Assembly: GCA_031962025.1 (NCBI GenBank)
Contig: JAVRKW010000002.1
Length of the DNA stretch: 64,000 bases
Direction: 5' to 3' (one strand)
Source of the DNA: Pseudothermotoga sp.
GTDB lineage: Bacteria > Thermotogota > Thermotogae > Thermotogales > DSM-5069
In this document: piece after piece, positions 21,071 to 30,163 of the stretch
How the letters are laid out: each line of letters opens with the position of its first letter
Numbering within the stretch: position 1 is the stretch's first letter
Notes under the pieces: generated by a model
Databases searched by the model: none
Told to the model about the DNA's origin: nothing
The model's input: the letters and a program-made list of their open reading frames with translations, nothing else
Made by a program: the position numbers and the translations under genes

Positions 21071-22615
21071 GTGGAAGGTACTGTGTGGTCGATACTGCCA
21101 CCGCTTGTTGCCATCGTTTTATGTTTTATTACCAAAAACGTCCTGCTGTCTCTTTTCCTTGGCATTTTCACAGGCGGTCTGTTGCTGAACAACTTCAACC
21201 CCATCTCGGGAATTGGCTATTCTCTTGAAAAAATCATTGGTTCAATGGCAGACGAATGGGACGCAAAGTTGCTCTTGTTCAATTTATTCATGGGTGCTGG
21301 TATAGCTTTTATATGGCGACTTGGTGGAAGCAAGGCACTTGCAGACTGGGCAAGAACAAGGATAAAAACCAAGAGATCTGCAAGCGTCTGGGCATGGCTT
21401 TTGGGAATCATCGTCTTTTTTAACGATTACATAAATGCGGCAATAGTTGGAAATGTCACAAGGGATATTTTTGAGCAGCACAGGATTTCAAAAGAAAAGC
21501 TTTCTTATATTCTCGATTCTACTTCTGCTCCTGTGGCAACTTTTTTCATCTCTGACTGGATAGCTTATCAACTGGCGATGATTCAAAATGGTATGGATGG
21601 TGCAGGTATAACAAATATCTCACCGCTAAAGGCATTCCTGGGAAGTATTCCTTTCAATTTCTACTGTATTTTCACGGTGATTTTTGTTGGAATCATCGCG
21701 ATTACGAACTGGGATTTTGGAAGTATGTTGAAAGCAGAGATAAGAGCTCAGAGAGAAGGCAAGACTTCCAGAGATGGTGCATCACCAATGTTGAACGTTG
21801 ATTTCGAGCTTGGAAAACCAATAGAAAAAAAGCCGATGATCTTAACTTTTGTATTACCAATCCTGGCGCTGATAGTTGTGACAATAATTGGGTTCTACTA
21901 TACCGGTGCAAAGGTTGGAGGAGAAAGTCTCATCGAAAAACTCGGTAATGCCGATGCGGCAACCGCTTTGCTCTGGGGTGCTTTTGCAATGACGCTTACC
22001 GGTATGGCGATTGCTCTTGGTTTTAGACTGATGACAGTTACAGAGACTGTGAAGACGGTTTTAGAGGGATTCAAATTGATGCTGCTTGCGTGTTCAATTC
22101 TCGTGCTTGCCTGGTCGATAGGGACTGTGACGAAAGATATGAACCTTGCAGGGTATGTTGTCTCGGCAGTGGGAAAGAATATTTCTTTTGTTTTCGTCCC
22201 GGCAGTTATTTTTGTGGTTGGTATGCTGATCTCCTTTGCTACGGGTACTTCCTGGGGGACTATGGCAATAATAACTCCCATCGCCATACCAATAGCTTAC
22301 AACATCACCAACGACGCTTGGCTTTCTGTTACAGTGATGGCTGGTGCGGTTTTTGCCGGTGCAATCTTTGGAGATCATTGCTCACCTATTTCAGACACGA
22401 CAGTTCTTGCTTCTATCTTTTCCGGGAGTGATCACATAGACCATGTGAACACACAGATACCCTATGCTCTCACCTGTGCTTTTGTGGCTCTGATCATGTA
22501 TCTGATATACGGTGCTTTCAGAATATCTCCATTTGTGTTGGTTCCAGCCGGTATAATCATTTTGATATTCACAGCCAGATTGCTCAACAAAATATCCATG
22601 AAAAAATACGGATAA
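21071..22615 (+). CDS. Na+/H+ antiporter NhaC-family transporter (often amino-acid transport)
   Basis: WSILPPLVAI, FFNDY, GTSWGT and GDHCSPISDTT motifs. GTG start chosen from the GGAGG SD. Confidence 0.9.
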   Translation: MEGTVWSILPPLVAIVLCFITKNVLLSLFLGIFTGGLLLNNFNPISGIGYSLEKIIGSMADEWDAKLLLFNLFMGAGIAFIWRLGGSKALADWARTRIKTKRSASVWAWLLGIIVFFNDYINAAIVGNVTRDIFEQHRISKEKLSYILDSTSAPVATFFISDWIAYQLAMIQNGMDGAGITNISPLKAFLGSIPFNFYCIFTVIFVGIIAITNWDFGSMLKAEIRAQREGKTSRDGASPMLNVDFELGKPIEKKPMILTFVLPILALIVVTIIGFYYTGAKVGGESLIEKLGNADAATALLWGAFAMTLTGMAIALGFRLMTVTETVKTVLEGFKLMLLACSILVLAWSIGTVTKDMNLAGYVVSAVGKNISFVFVPAVIFVVGMLISFATGTSWGTMAIITPIAIPIAYNITNDAWLSVTVMAGAVFAGAIFGDHCSPISDTTVLASIFSGSDHIDHVNTQIPYALTCAFVALIMYLIYGAFRISPFVLVPAGIIILIFTARLLNKISMKKYG

Positions 22616-22637
22616 GGTGGGCAGCTGCCCACCTTAT
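22612..22637. terminator. Bidirectional terminator hairpin between nhaC and topA
   Basis: Perfect 26-bp palindrome ATAAGGTGGGCAGCTGCCCACCTTAT containing both stop codons. Confidence 0.75.
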
Positions 22638-24808
22638 TTTTTCAAATCAAAGGACTTTTTGCAGTTCTGACAGTACAGAACTTCTTTCGATCGATTCTTC
22701 TTGTAATAAAGGGTTTGAGAACATTCGGGGCATTTTTCATCAGATGGTTCAAGCCAGCTTATGAAATCACAATTTTGATTTGTGCATTTGAAGAATACTC
22801 TTTTGTTCTTTGAGATCTTTTTTTCAACTACAGAAGAACATTTTGGACATTTACCCCTTGCAAAGCCTGTGTAAGTCCTGCCACAGTTTTTGCATTTCAA
22901 ATATTTTCCAAATTTTCCGTCCATTTGCTGTAGCTCATTTCCACAAACAGGGCATGTTATTTTCGATGAGTCTATTTTCGATGATTCCTGTTCGAGCTGA
23001 AAATACATCTTCTCATCCAACACCGCCGGTGAATCAAGGGGAACGGAACTTGTTTTGGAACATTTCTGGCAGGCTAAGTACAGTCCGTACTTTCCAACCT
23101 TCAGATGATATTCTCCAGAGCAGTCGCATTTCAAATTGGTCGGGATGTCTATTGAAAGCCACTCTTTTTGAGCATCATCCAGATATTTGGAGAACTGTTC
23201 GTAGAACTCTTTGAGCAACTCTCTGTAATCTTTCTGCCCCTGTTCTACTTTATCCAGTGCTTCCTCCATGCGTGCCGTAAACTGTAGATCTACTATCTGG
23301 GGGAATTTCTTTTCCATGTAATGATTGACCACAAAACCCATCACCGTCGGAACAAGTTCCTGGGATTTTTTGACAACGTACTTTCTTTCGATTAGGGTTG
23401 AGATTATGGTAGCATAAGTGCTCGGTCTACCTATGCCCCTTGCTTCGAGTGCTCTAACCATTGTGGCTTCGGAGTATCTCGATGGGGGTTTTGTCTCATC
23501 TTCTTCTATCTGCCATTTGGTGACTGAAACTTCATCAGATGGAATTTCAAACTGCTGTTCTTTTTCTTTTTTCAACAGAACCTCAAAGCCGTCGAAGATT
23601 CTGTGCTCTATTTTTGCTTCAAATGTGTACCTGTTAGCTTCAAAGATGATTGTTGTCTCCTGGTAAATTGCTTCACTCATCTGCGATGCAACAAATCTTT
23701 CCCAGATGAGTCTGTAGAGCTTGGCGTGATCTTTTGACAGTTCTTTTTCAGCTTCTTTTGGGGTGAAATTCGCATCAACCGGTCTGATCGCTTCGTGTGC
23801 ATCCTGAACATTCTGCCCCTTTTTTATGGGTGAACTTTGTGTTCCAAGGTATTTTTCACCGTAATTGTTCAGTATGTACTCTTTTGCCATTTGTTTTGCA
23901 TATTCAGAAACTCTTGTGGAATCTGTTCTCATATAGGTTATGAAAGCCCTGTGCCCGCTTGGTGTGTCGATTCCTTCATACAGTTGCTGTGCAATCTGCA
24001 TAGTTTTACTCACAGAAAAACCGAGCCTGTTTGCCGCTTCCTGTTGAAGTGTACTGGTTATGAAAGGCATAGGGGGTTTTTTTCGTACTTCTCTTTTTTT
24101 AACCTGTGTTACCTTCAACTTCTTTACGTTCTTTTCTATGTCCTGAGCTATTTGTTTTGTGACATCCTGCATTTCTATTCTTTTTTTGTCTATGTGCGTT
24201 AGATAAAATTTAATTGAACCCGCATAGCCCTGAACTTTCCAGAATTTTTTTGGGATAAACCTGTGTCTTTGGATCTCCCTTTCACAGATGATTTTCAGCG
24301 CAGCCGATTGAACCCTGCCGGCGCTCAAATTCGCTTTGAGCATTTTCCATAGCAATGGGCTTATTTTATATCCCACTATGCGATCGAGTATGCGTCTTGC
24401 CAATTGAGCTTGAACCTTGTTCATATCTATGTATCTTGGAGATTTTACTGCGCTTTTTATAGCCTGCGGCGTGATCTCGCTGAACACAATCCTGTTCTTT
24501 TTGCCTGAAATTCCAAGTATATCCGCAAGATGCCAGGCTATTGCCTCACCTTCTCTATCCATATCCGATGCCAGCAAAACTTCTTTATTTCTGGTTTTTG
24601 TGGAAAGCTCCTGTACAACCTTTTCCTTTCCGTCGATGATCTTGAACTCTGGTTCAAAGTCTTTCTGTATATTCACACCGAATTCCTTCTCGGGCAAATC
24701 GCGTACGTGCCCTTTTGAAGAAATCACGTCATATTCATCTTTGAGAATTTGCTGTATGGTCTTTGCTTTAGCAGGTGATTCAACTATTATGACCTTTTTC
24801 ATCAACAT
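22634..24808 (-). CDS. topA: DNA topoisomerase I with C-terminal Zn ribbons
   Basis: IVESPAKAK, DMDREGE, SAGRVQS, ITYMRTD, DAHEAIRP, GIGRPST, multiple CxxC pairs. Confidence 0.98.
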   Translation of the reverse strand: MLMKKVIIVESPAKAKTIQQILKDEYDVISSKGHVRDLPEKEFGVNIQKDFEPEFKIIDGKEKVVQELSTKTRNKEVLLASDMDREGEAIAWHLADILGISGKKNRIVFSEITPQAIKSAVKSPRYIDMNKVQAQLARRILDRIVGYKISPLLWKMLKANLSAGRVQSAALKIICEREIQRHRFIPKKFWKVQGYAGSIKFYLTHIDKKRIEMQDVTKQIAQDIEKNVKKLKVTQVKKREVRKKPPMPFITSTLQQEAANRLGFSVSKTMQIAQQLYEGIDTPSGHRAFITYMRTDSTRVSEYAKQMAKEYILNNYGEKYLGTQSSPIKKGQNVQDAHEAIRPVDANFTPKEAEKELSKDHAKLYRLIWERFVASQMSEAIYQETTIIFEANRYTFEAKIEHRIFDGFEVLLKKEKEQQFEIPSDEVSVTKWQIEEDETKPPSRYSEATMVRALEARGIGRPSTYATIISTLIERKYVVKKSQELVPTVMGFVVNHYMEKKFPQIVDLQFTARMEEALDKVEQGQKDYRELLKEFYEQFSKYLDDAQKEWLSIDIPTNLKCDCSGEYHLKVGKYGLYLACQKCSKTSSVPLDSPAVLDEKMYFQLEQESSKIDSSKITCPVCGNELQQMDGKFGKYLKCKNCGRTYTGFARGKCPKCSSVVEKKISKNKRVFFKCTNQNCDFISWLEPSDEKCPECSQTLYYKKNRSKEVLYCQNCKKSFDLKK

Positions 24809-24877
24809 TCAGCGCAAAAAACTCCATCTTCTATAAGATGGAGAATGTGCTGTACCCTCCTTTCTTATTTTCCCTTC

Positions 24878-26287
24878 CTATCTACTCATTTTGCGTACAG
24901 CTAAGAGTATTGATTGAAAAGTTTGAAGATCCTTTGCCTCAATGTACACTCTCACAACTGGTTCTGTTCCAGAAGCTCTTGCAAGTATCCAGGAACCGGG
25001 TCTGTCAAAGAAATACCTGGTTCCATCGATCGAATCCTGATCGACGATTTTGATACCAGTCAGGTAATCTTTTATGTTTCTGTATTTCGTCAAAAGTTCC
25101 TGTTTTTCCTTTTCATCGGTCAGCTCAAAGTCTATTCTCGTATTGAAGAATTCACCGTAGTTGCTACGGAAGTCTTTTCTTATTTGCGAAAGACTCTTTT
25201 TTTCGTACGCAATCATCTCAAGAACCAGCAGACACGCTAAGATTCCGTCTTTTTCCGGTGTATGTCCCTGTATGGTAAGACCACCGCTCTCTTCTCCCGC
25301 GATGACCGCGTTCTCTGAAAGAAGTACATTCGCAAGGAACTTAAACCCCACCGGTGTTTCAAGAACTTTTTGTTTGAAAAACTGTGCTACGGAATCAATC
25401 GCGTGGGATGTGGCAATTGTCCTTGCGACAGGTCCTTTCAAATTTCTGTGTGTATACAGATGATGAGCAAGCAGTGCGATTACCTCATTTGGTTTAACGT
25501 ATTCACCGTTGTCATCGACTATTCCAAATCTATCCGCATCGCCATCGGTTGCCACAACGACATCCCAGCCTCGATTTTTAACCTTTTCTGAAAGATCCCT
25601 CAGTCTATCTTCATCCGGTTCGGGTCTCTCGCCCCCAAAATACGGGTTCCTGTAATTGTGATAGACTTCAACTTCTCCGCAGATCGATTTACACAGTTCG
25701 TCAAGATAACCTATTGAAGTCCCGTAAAGTAAATCTGCGATCACTTTCAAGCCTGCAGATCTGATCCTTTCAAGGTCGACTTTTTGTGCAATTGCTTTCA
25801 TATAATCGGACTTTGGATCAAAGATTTCAAAAAGTTCCTTGGCACTTGCTTCGCGAATGCTGATCAATGGTACTTTACTTTCGTCTATTCTTTCGATTAT
25901 AGCTTCTATTTCTTTTGTCACATCTGGTGGAGCAGGTGATCCATCAGCCGGGTTGAATTTTATACCGCAGTATTCAGGTGGATTGTGCGATGCGGTGATG
26001 TTTATTCCACCAGAAAGCTTGTAGTGTCTTATCGCAAATGAAACGACGGGTGTTGGAGTGGGATTTTCCGGCATCAGTACCTTTATACCATTTGCCGCTA
26101 AGACCTGTGCTACCAGCTGGGCATAGTGCTCCGTCATGAATCGAGTGTCGCGTGCGACTATCACGGTTTTTCCGCCAACTTTCTTGATGTACTCGGCAAT
26201 TGCCTGACTCACTATCTTTACGTTGCTGAATGTAAATTGATCACTTATGATAGCCCTCCAGCCAGATGTACCGAATTTTATCTTCAT
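24878..26287 (-). CDS. Phosphoglucomutase/phosphomannomutase
   Basis: FGTSGWR, TASHNP, DGDADR, GEESGG, RASGTEP. Confidence 0.95.
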   Translation of the reverse strand: MKIKFGTSGWRAIISDQFTFSNVKIVSQAIAEYIKKVGGKTVIVARDTRFMTEHYAQLVAQVLAANGIKVLMPENPTPTPVVSFAIRHYKLSGGINITASHNPPEYCGIKFNPADGSPAPPDVTKEIEAIIERIDESKVPLISIREASAKELFEIFDPKSDYMKAIAQKVDLERIRSAGLKVIADLLYGTSIGYLDELCKSICGEVEVYHNYRNPYFGGERPEPDEDRLRDLSEKVKNRGWDVVVATDGDADRFGIVDDNGEYVKPNEVIALLAHHLYTHRNLKGPVARTIATSHAIDSVAQFFKQKVLETPVGFKFLANVLLSENAVIAGEESGGLTIQGHTPEKDGILACLLVLEMIAYEKKSLSQIRKDFRSNYGEFFNTRIDFELTDEKEKQELLTKYRNIKDYLTGIKIVDQDSIDGTRYFFDRPGSWILARASGTEPVVRVYIEAKDLQTFQSILLAVRKMSR

Positions 26288-27330
26288 TGTTCAATCCCTC
26301 CCAGCCAGAGACGTCTTTGAAGGTGTTTGTCGTATTCACTCCAGAGTTTTTCAGCGCCATTTTTCTTTTCCTTTTCACCTATTGCTCTGAATCGTGCGAG
26401 CTTTGAATCCATGTTTTCAAGTGTGTGGATCACGAAGGCTTCTGCTGTTTTTGGTACCACAGGTGATCCCCATTCAAGCTCTCCGTGGTGAGAAAGAATT
26501 ATGTGCTCTAACTGCATCAACTTGTTCCTGCTCAGTGAGATTTTGGCTGCATATTCTCTGACCATCTGTGTGCCGAGCACGATGTGTCCGATCAATTCAC
26601 CTTCATCGGTCATTTCAAAACCTTTTTGAGTTACTCTGTACTCCTTTACCTTTCCAATATCGTGCAAAATCGCACCGGCTATCAAAATGTCTTTGTTGAG
26701 AAACTGCTCGTACACAGTTGAAGCTCTTTTGCACAATGTTGCTACATCCACTGTATGCTCGAGCAGACCTCCAATGTAAGCATGATGAACGCTTATACCG
26801 GCTGGAATCTGGATGAATTCTTTGACAAACGATTCATCTTCTATGAATATATTTTGCAGCAATTTTCTCAGCTCGTCATCTCGAATTTCTTTGATGAAAA
26901 CGGTCAGTTTTTCGTACATTTTGTCGATGTCCTGGCTTGTTACATCGACAAATCTTTGAAAGTCGTACTCTGAATCGTTCAGGTATCTTATGGAATCTGG
27001 CTCTTTATCCAGATTAATCTGGACATGATCTTCAAAATAAACAACTCTTCCCTTTGCCAGAACGACATCGCCTTCGTTGATCTTGGTGAAATTTTTATCG
27101 GCATTGTACCAGTCAACAGCTCTCACACTTCCAGTCTTATCCACCAGAGTCATTAAGAGAAATTTTTTCTGATCTTTTGCTTCTTGAAGTTTTTTACTTG
27201 AAACCTTGGCTATGATCTTGACACTCTCGTTCAATTTTTGACTGAGCTGTTGAATGAATGGAAGATCAGAAAAGGCACTGATTCCAAGTTCATCAAAAAC
27301 ATTCTTGGGGATCTTGTCACCAAGTTTCAC
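26284..27330 (-). CDS. yhaM: YhaM-like 3'-5' exoribonuclease (OB fold + HD)
   Basis: N-terminal OB fold, HHAYIGGLLEH, LHDIGK, ILSHHG. Confidence 0.88.
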   Translation of the reverse strand: MKLGDKIPKNVFDELGISAFSDLPFIQQLSQKLNESVKIIAKVSSKKLQEAKDQKKFLLMTLVDKTGSVRAVDWYNADKNFTKINEGDVVLAKGRVVYFEDHVQINLDKEPDSIRYLNDSEYDFQRFVDVTSQDIDKMYEKLTVFIKEIRDDELRKLLQNIFIEDESFVKEFIQIPAGISVHHAYIGGLLEHTVDVATLCKRASTVYEQFLNKDILIAGAILHDIGKVKEYRVTQKGFEMTDEGELIGHIVLGTQMVREYAAKISLSRNKLMQLEHIILSHHGELEWGSPVVPKTAEAFVIHTLENMDSKLARFRAIGEKEKKNGAEKLWSEYDKHLQRRLWLGGIEQ

Positions 27331-27444
27331 AGTATTCCACTCCTCTCACATTACAGAACAATTTTATAACATATCCTCAAAATCGGACATTTTGGCATTC
27401 ACACAGGTTGTTTTCTATGATACAATAAAAATGCAAAGTGAATA

Positions 27445-27540
27445 TGTTTGCAGGGGAGCTTCTAATCCGGGGCTGAGAGGAGGACGGAAGTCCTCGACCC
27501 TTGAACCTGATCCGGGTAATGCCGGCGTAGGGAGCAAATT
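27445..27540 (+). ncRNA. TPP riboswitch
   Basis: AGGGG...GGCTGAGAG...GACCCTTGAACCTGATCCGGGTAATGCCGGCGTAGGGA core with P1 TTTGC/GCAAA, upstream of thiamine transporter genes. Confidence 0.97.
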
Positions 27541-27552
27541 GAAAACCAAATT

Positions 27553-27575
27553 ACCCCGCCGGTGGCGGGGTTTTA
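27553..27575 (+). terminator. Riboswitch expression-platform terminator
   Basis: ACCCCGCC-GGT-GGCGGGGT followed by a T run. Confidence 0.8.
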
Positions 27576-27595
27576 ACTTAGGGGAGGTGGTGTAT

Positions 27596-28582
27596 ATGAG
27601 AAAGTTGTTACTTATTGTATCACTAATTTTGGCTGTGTCAATATTCTCTCAAGAACTGGTTGTGTACACCTACAGCAGTTTTGCATCGGGCATTGCGCAG
27701 AAGGTTTTGCCGGTTTTTGAAAAACAGAACAACGTCAAAGTAAAAGTACTGTCTTTTGGGGATGCTGGAAATGTGCTTGCAAGGTTGATTCTTGAGAAAG
27801 ATCAGCCAAAGGCAGATGTCGTGATTGGACTGGATCAACCCCTGCTCAGGCGTGCTGTTTCTGAAGGACTTTTGATGCAGTTCACCCCGCAGAGCATATA
27901 CAGAGTTAAAAATAAAGAGCTGCTTGACTTGCAGGGCTATGGCACGCCTTTCGATTATGGTGCAATTGCTCTGGTCTACAACACCGAGAAAATCAGCAAC
28001 CCACCCAGATCTTTCAGAGAGCTTCTTGATGAGAGATTCAGAAAAAAGCTGGTAGTTCAGGACCCTCGAACATCGAGCACAGGACTTTCGTTCATGCTTT
28101 GGACGGTTGCGGCTTTTGGTGAAGATGGATTTTTGGAATACTGGAAAAATTTGAAAAACAACATTTTAACCATAACACCGGGATGGGATGAAGCTTTTAG
28201 CATGCTTGAAACCGGTGAAGCTGACATAATGGTGAGCTATGCAACTGATGGTGCCTACAGTTATCATGAGTATGGTAGCCTCAAGTACCTGCCGGTGATA
28301 ATGGAAGAAGGTGCCTTTGTGCAGATTGAGTACGCGGCGATCGTGAAAGGTGCAAAAAATGTCGAGCTTGCAAAGAAATTCATCGAATTTGTTTTGAGCG
28401 AAGAATTTCAATCTCAGATACCGTTGAATCAATGGATGTACCCGGTTATAGAAATAGAACTTCCGCAGGCGTACAGATACGCACCCGATGTAGGCAAAAT
28501 TCTACCGTTTGATTATGAAGTGTTTGATCAAAAAGGCAAAGAATGGCTTGAACAGTGGGCAAAGGTAATGATAGGTAAATGA
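27596..28582 (+). CDS. thiB: Thiamine ABC transporter substrate-binding protein
   Basis: LVVYTYSSF, DPRTSSTG, GWDEAF, SYATD, QIEYA, IPLNQWMYP; downstream of the TPP riboswitch. Confidence 0.94.
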   Translation: MRKLLLIVSLILAVSIFSQELVVYTYSSFASGIAQKVLPVFEKQNNVKVKVLSFGDAGNVLARLILEKDQPKADVVIGLDQPLLRRAVSEGLLMQFTPQSIYRVKNKELLDLQGYGTPFDYGAIALVYNTEKISNPPRSFRELLDERFRKKLVVQDPRTSSTGLSFMLWTVAAFGEDGFLEYWKNLKNNILTITPGWDEAFSMLETGEADIMVSYATDGAYSYHEYGSLKYLPVIMEEGAFVQIEYAAIVKGAKNVELAKKFIEFVLSEEFQSQIPLNQWMYPVIEIELPQAYRYAPDVGKILPFDYEVFDQKGKEWLEQWAKVMIGK

Positions 28583-30129
28583 AAAAGAAGATATTTCTGG
28601 TACTGGTGCCGGTGGTTTTTATCGGCACCTTTCTGATTTATCCACTGATCCTATTGTTTTTGAGATTTTCTGTTGACAATTTCTATCAGGCATTTTCAAA
28701 GAATACAGGCATCATAAAATTCACAGTTTTTCAAGCGCTGATTTCGGCTGTCTTGACGATGTTTCTTGGGATACCCGGCGCTTACTTGATTGCAAGAACA
28801 AAGCTTCCCGGGATTTTGAGAAGTCTTTTGAAATCTGCCAGCATGGTACCTTTTGTTCTTCCGGGAATATCTATGGCTATAGGTTTTTTACTGACCTTTG
28901 GTAACAATGGTTTGGTGAATTTGTTTTTGTCTGTGTTCAATCTGAAAATGAGAATACTGTATACGTTCACAGCGGTTTTGATGGGACACGTGTTTTACAA
29001 TTTTCCTCTGTTCATAAGAATTGTCGGCGATGCACTTGAAAGAATAGACAAAAACCTTCTTGAAATGGCTAATCTCGAAGGAGCTTCAAGATTTGAAAGA
29101 TTCTGGTACATCGAATTGCCTTTGATAGCTCCGGCTATCGGTTCAGCTTTTGCCCTTTCGTACCTTTACTGTTTTACCAGTTTTGCCGTTGTCTTAATCT
29201 TGGGGGGAGTCAGATTTTCCACAATTGAAGTGAGCATATACATGTATCTTAAAGTGCTTCTGGATTTTGAAAGCGCACTGTCTCTGACATTTTTTCAGAT
29301 GATCTTTGTGGTACTTGCAAGTCTTATTTTTCTGATGCTTTCCAATAAATCGCAACAATACTTCGGTGAACCATTCAAAGAGAAAAAACCAGGATGGTCT
29401 TATTTTTATATCGCGATTGTTGGCTTTTTGGTCTTTTTACCGCTTACCATGGCTTCTGTTGGTGGATTTTTGAGATACGGTGGAACCTTCACAGTAGAAA
29501 ATTTCAAAAGATTGTTCAGTCAGAGCGTTGAATGGATAATTGGTGCAAATGCTGAATCTGTGATTTTTTACAGCATATTTTTGAGTTTTTCAGTGAGCCT
29601 GATAGTCTGTCTTCTTGGGTTGATCAGTTCTTATGCTTCTGTCAGACTGAAGAGCCCTTTTTCGGTGCTGATGTATTTGCCGGTGGCTGTCTCTCCAGCC
29701 ACTATGGCTTTTGGAATGATTCTTATGAACAAAATACCTCAGGCAGTAAAACTCGGATCTGTTTACGCTTTGATATCTTTACCTTTGGTTCACAGCTCAC
29801 TTGAAAATGTCTGGAGAAGTCTTCAAAAAGAATTGGAAGAAGTGAGCAAACTTGACGGCTGTGGACCTGTGAAAAGGTTTTTCAAAATAACTCTGCCCAT
29901 CTTTAGAAAAGAATTGCTTGGAGCCTTCGCGTTTTGCATGGCAATCTCACTTGGAGAGATCACAGCAACGATAATTCTCTCAGATGGTCAACTGACAACA
30001 CTATCTGTCGCAACTTATAAACTTTTCAGCACCCGCCACATTGGCGAAGCTCAGGCACTGAACTCGATTTTGATGTGGATTGTGCTGATTCTGTTCTTTG
30101 TCAGTGAGCAAACATCGCACAAAACTTGA
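28579..30129 (+). CDS. thiP: Thiamine ABC transporter permease (two EAA-loop domains)
   Basis: GHVFYNFP, EMANLEGA and EEVSKLDG loops; coupled to thiB. Confidence 0.88.
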   Translation: MKKKIFLVLVPVVFIGTFLIYPLILLFLRFSVDNFYQAFSKNTGIIKFTVFQALISAVLTMFLGIPGAYLIARTKLPGILRSLLKSASMVPFVLPGISMAIGFLLTFGNNGLVNLFLSVFNLKMRILYTFTAVLMGHVFYNFPLFIRIVGDALERIDKNLLEMANLEGASRFERFWYIELPLIAPAIGSAFALSYLYCFTSFAVVLILGGVRFSTIEVSIYMYLKVLLDFESALSLTFFQMIFVVLASLIFLMLSNKSQQYFGEPFKEKKPGWSYFYIAIVGFLVFLPLTMASVGGFLRYGGTFTVENFKRLFSQSVEWIIGANAESVIFYSIFLSFSVSLIVCLLGLISSYASVRLKSPFSVLMYLPVAVSPATMAFGMILMNKIPQAVKLGSVYALISLPLVHSSLENVWRSLQKELEEVSKLDGCGPVKRFFKITLPIFRKELLGAFAFCMAISLGEITATIILSDGQLTTLSVATYKLFSTRHIGEAQALNSILMWIVLILFFVSEQTSHKT

Positions 30130-30136
30130 AAAAATA

Positions 30137-30159
30137 AGGTGAGCCACAACGGCTCACCT
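30137..30159. terminator. Hairpin between convergent thiP and the propeller gene
   Basis: AGGTGAGCC-ACAAC-GGCTCACCT, preceded by an A run (U tail on the minus strand). Confidence 0.7.
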
Positions 30160-30163
30160 GTAT

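Noticed and set aside
27254..27595. Long N-terminal extension of thiB in the ORF track
   Set aside because: It runs through the yhaM start, the promoter region and the TPP riboswitch. The SD and signal peptide support the ATG at 27596.
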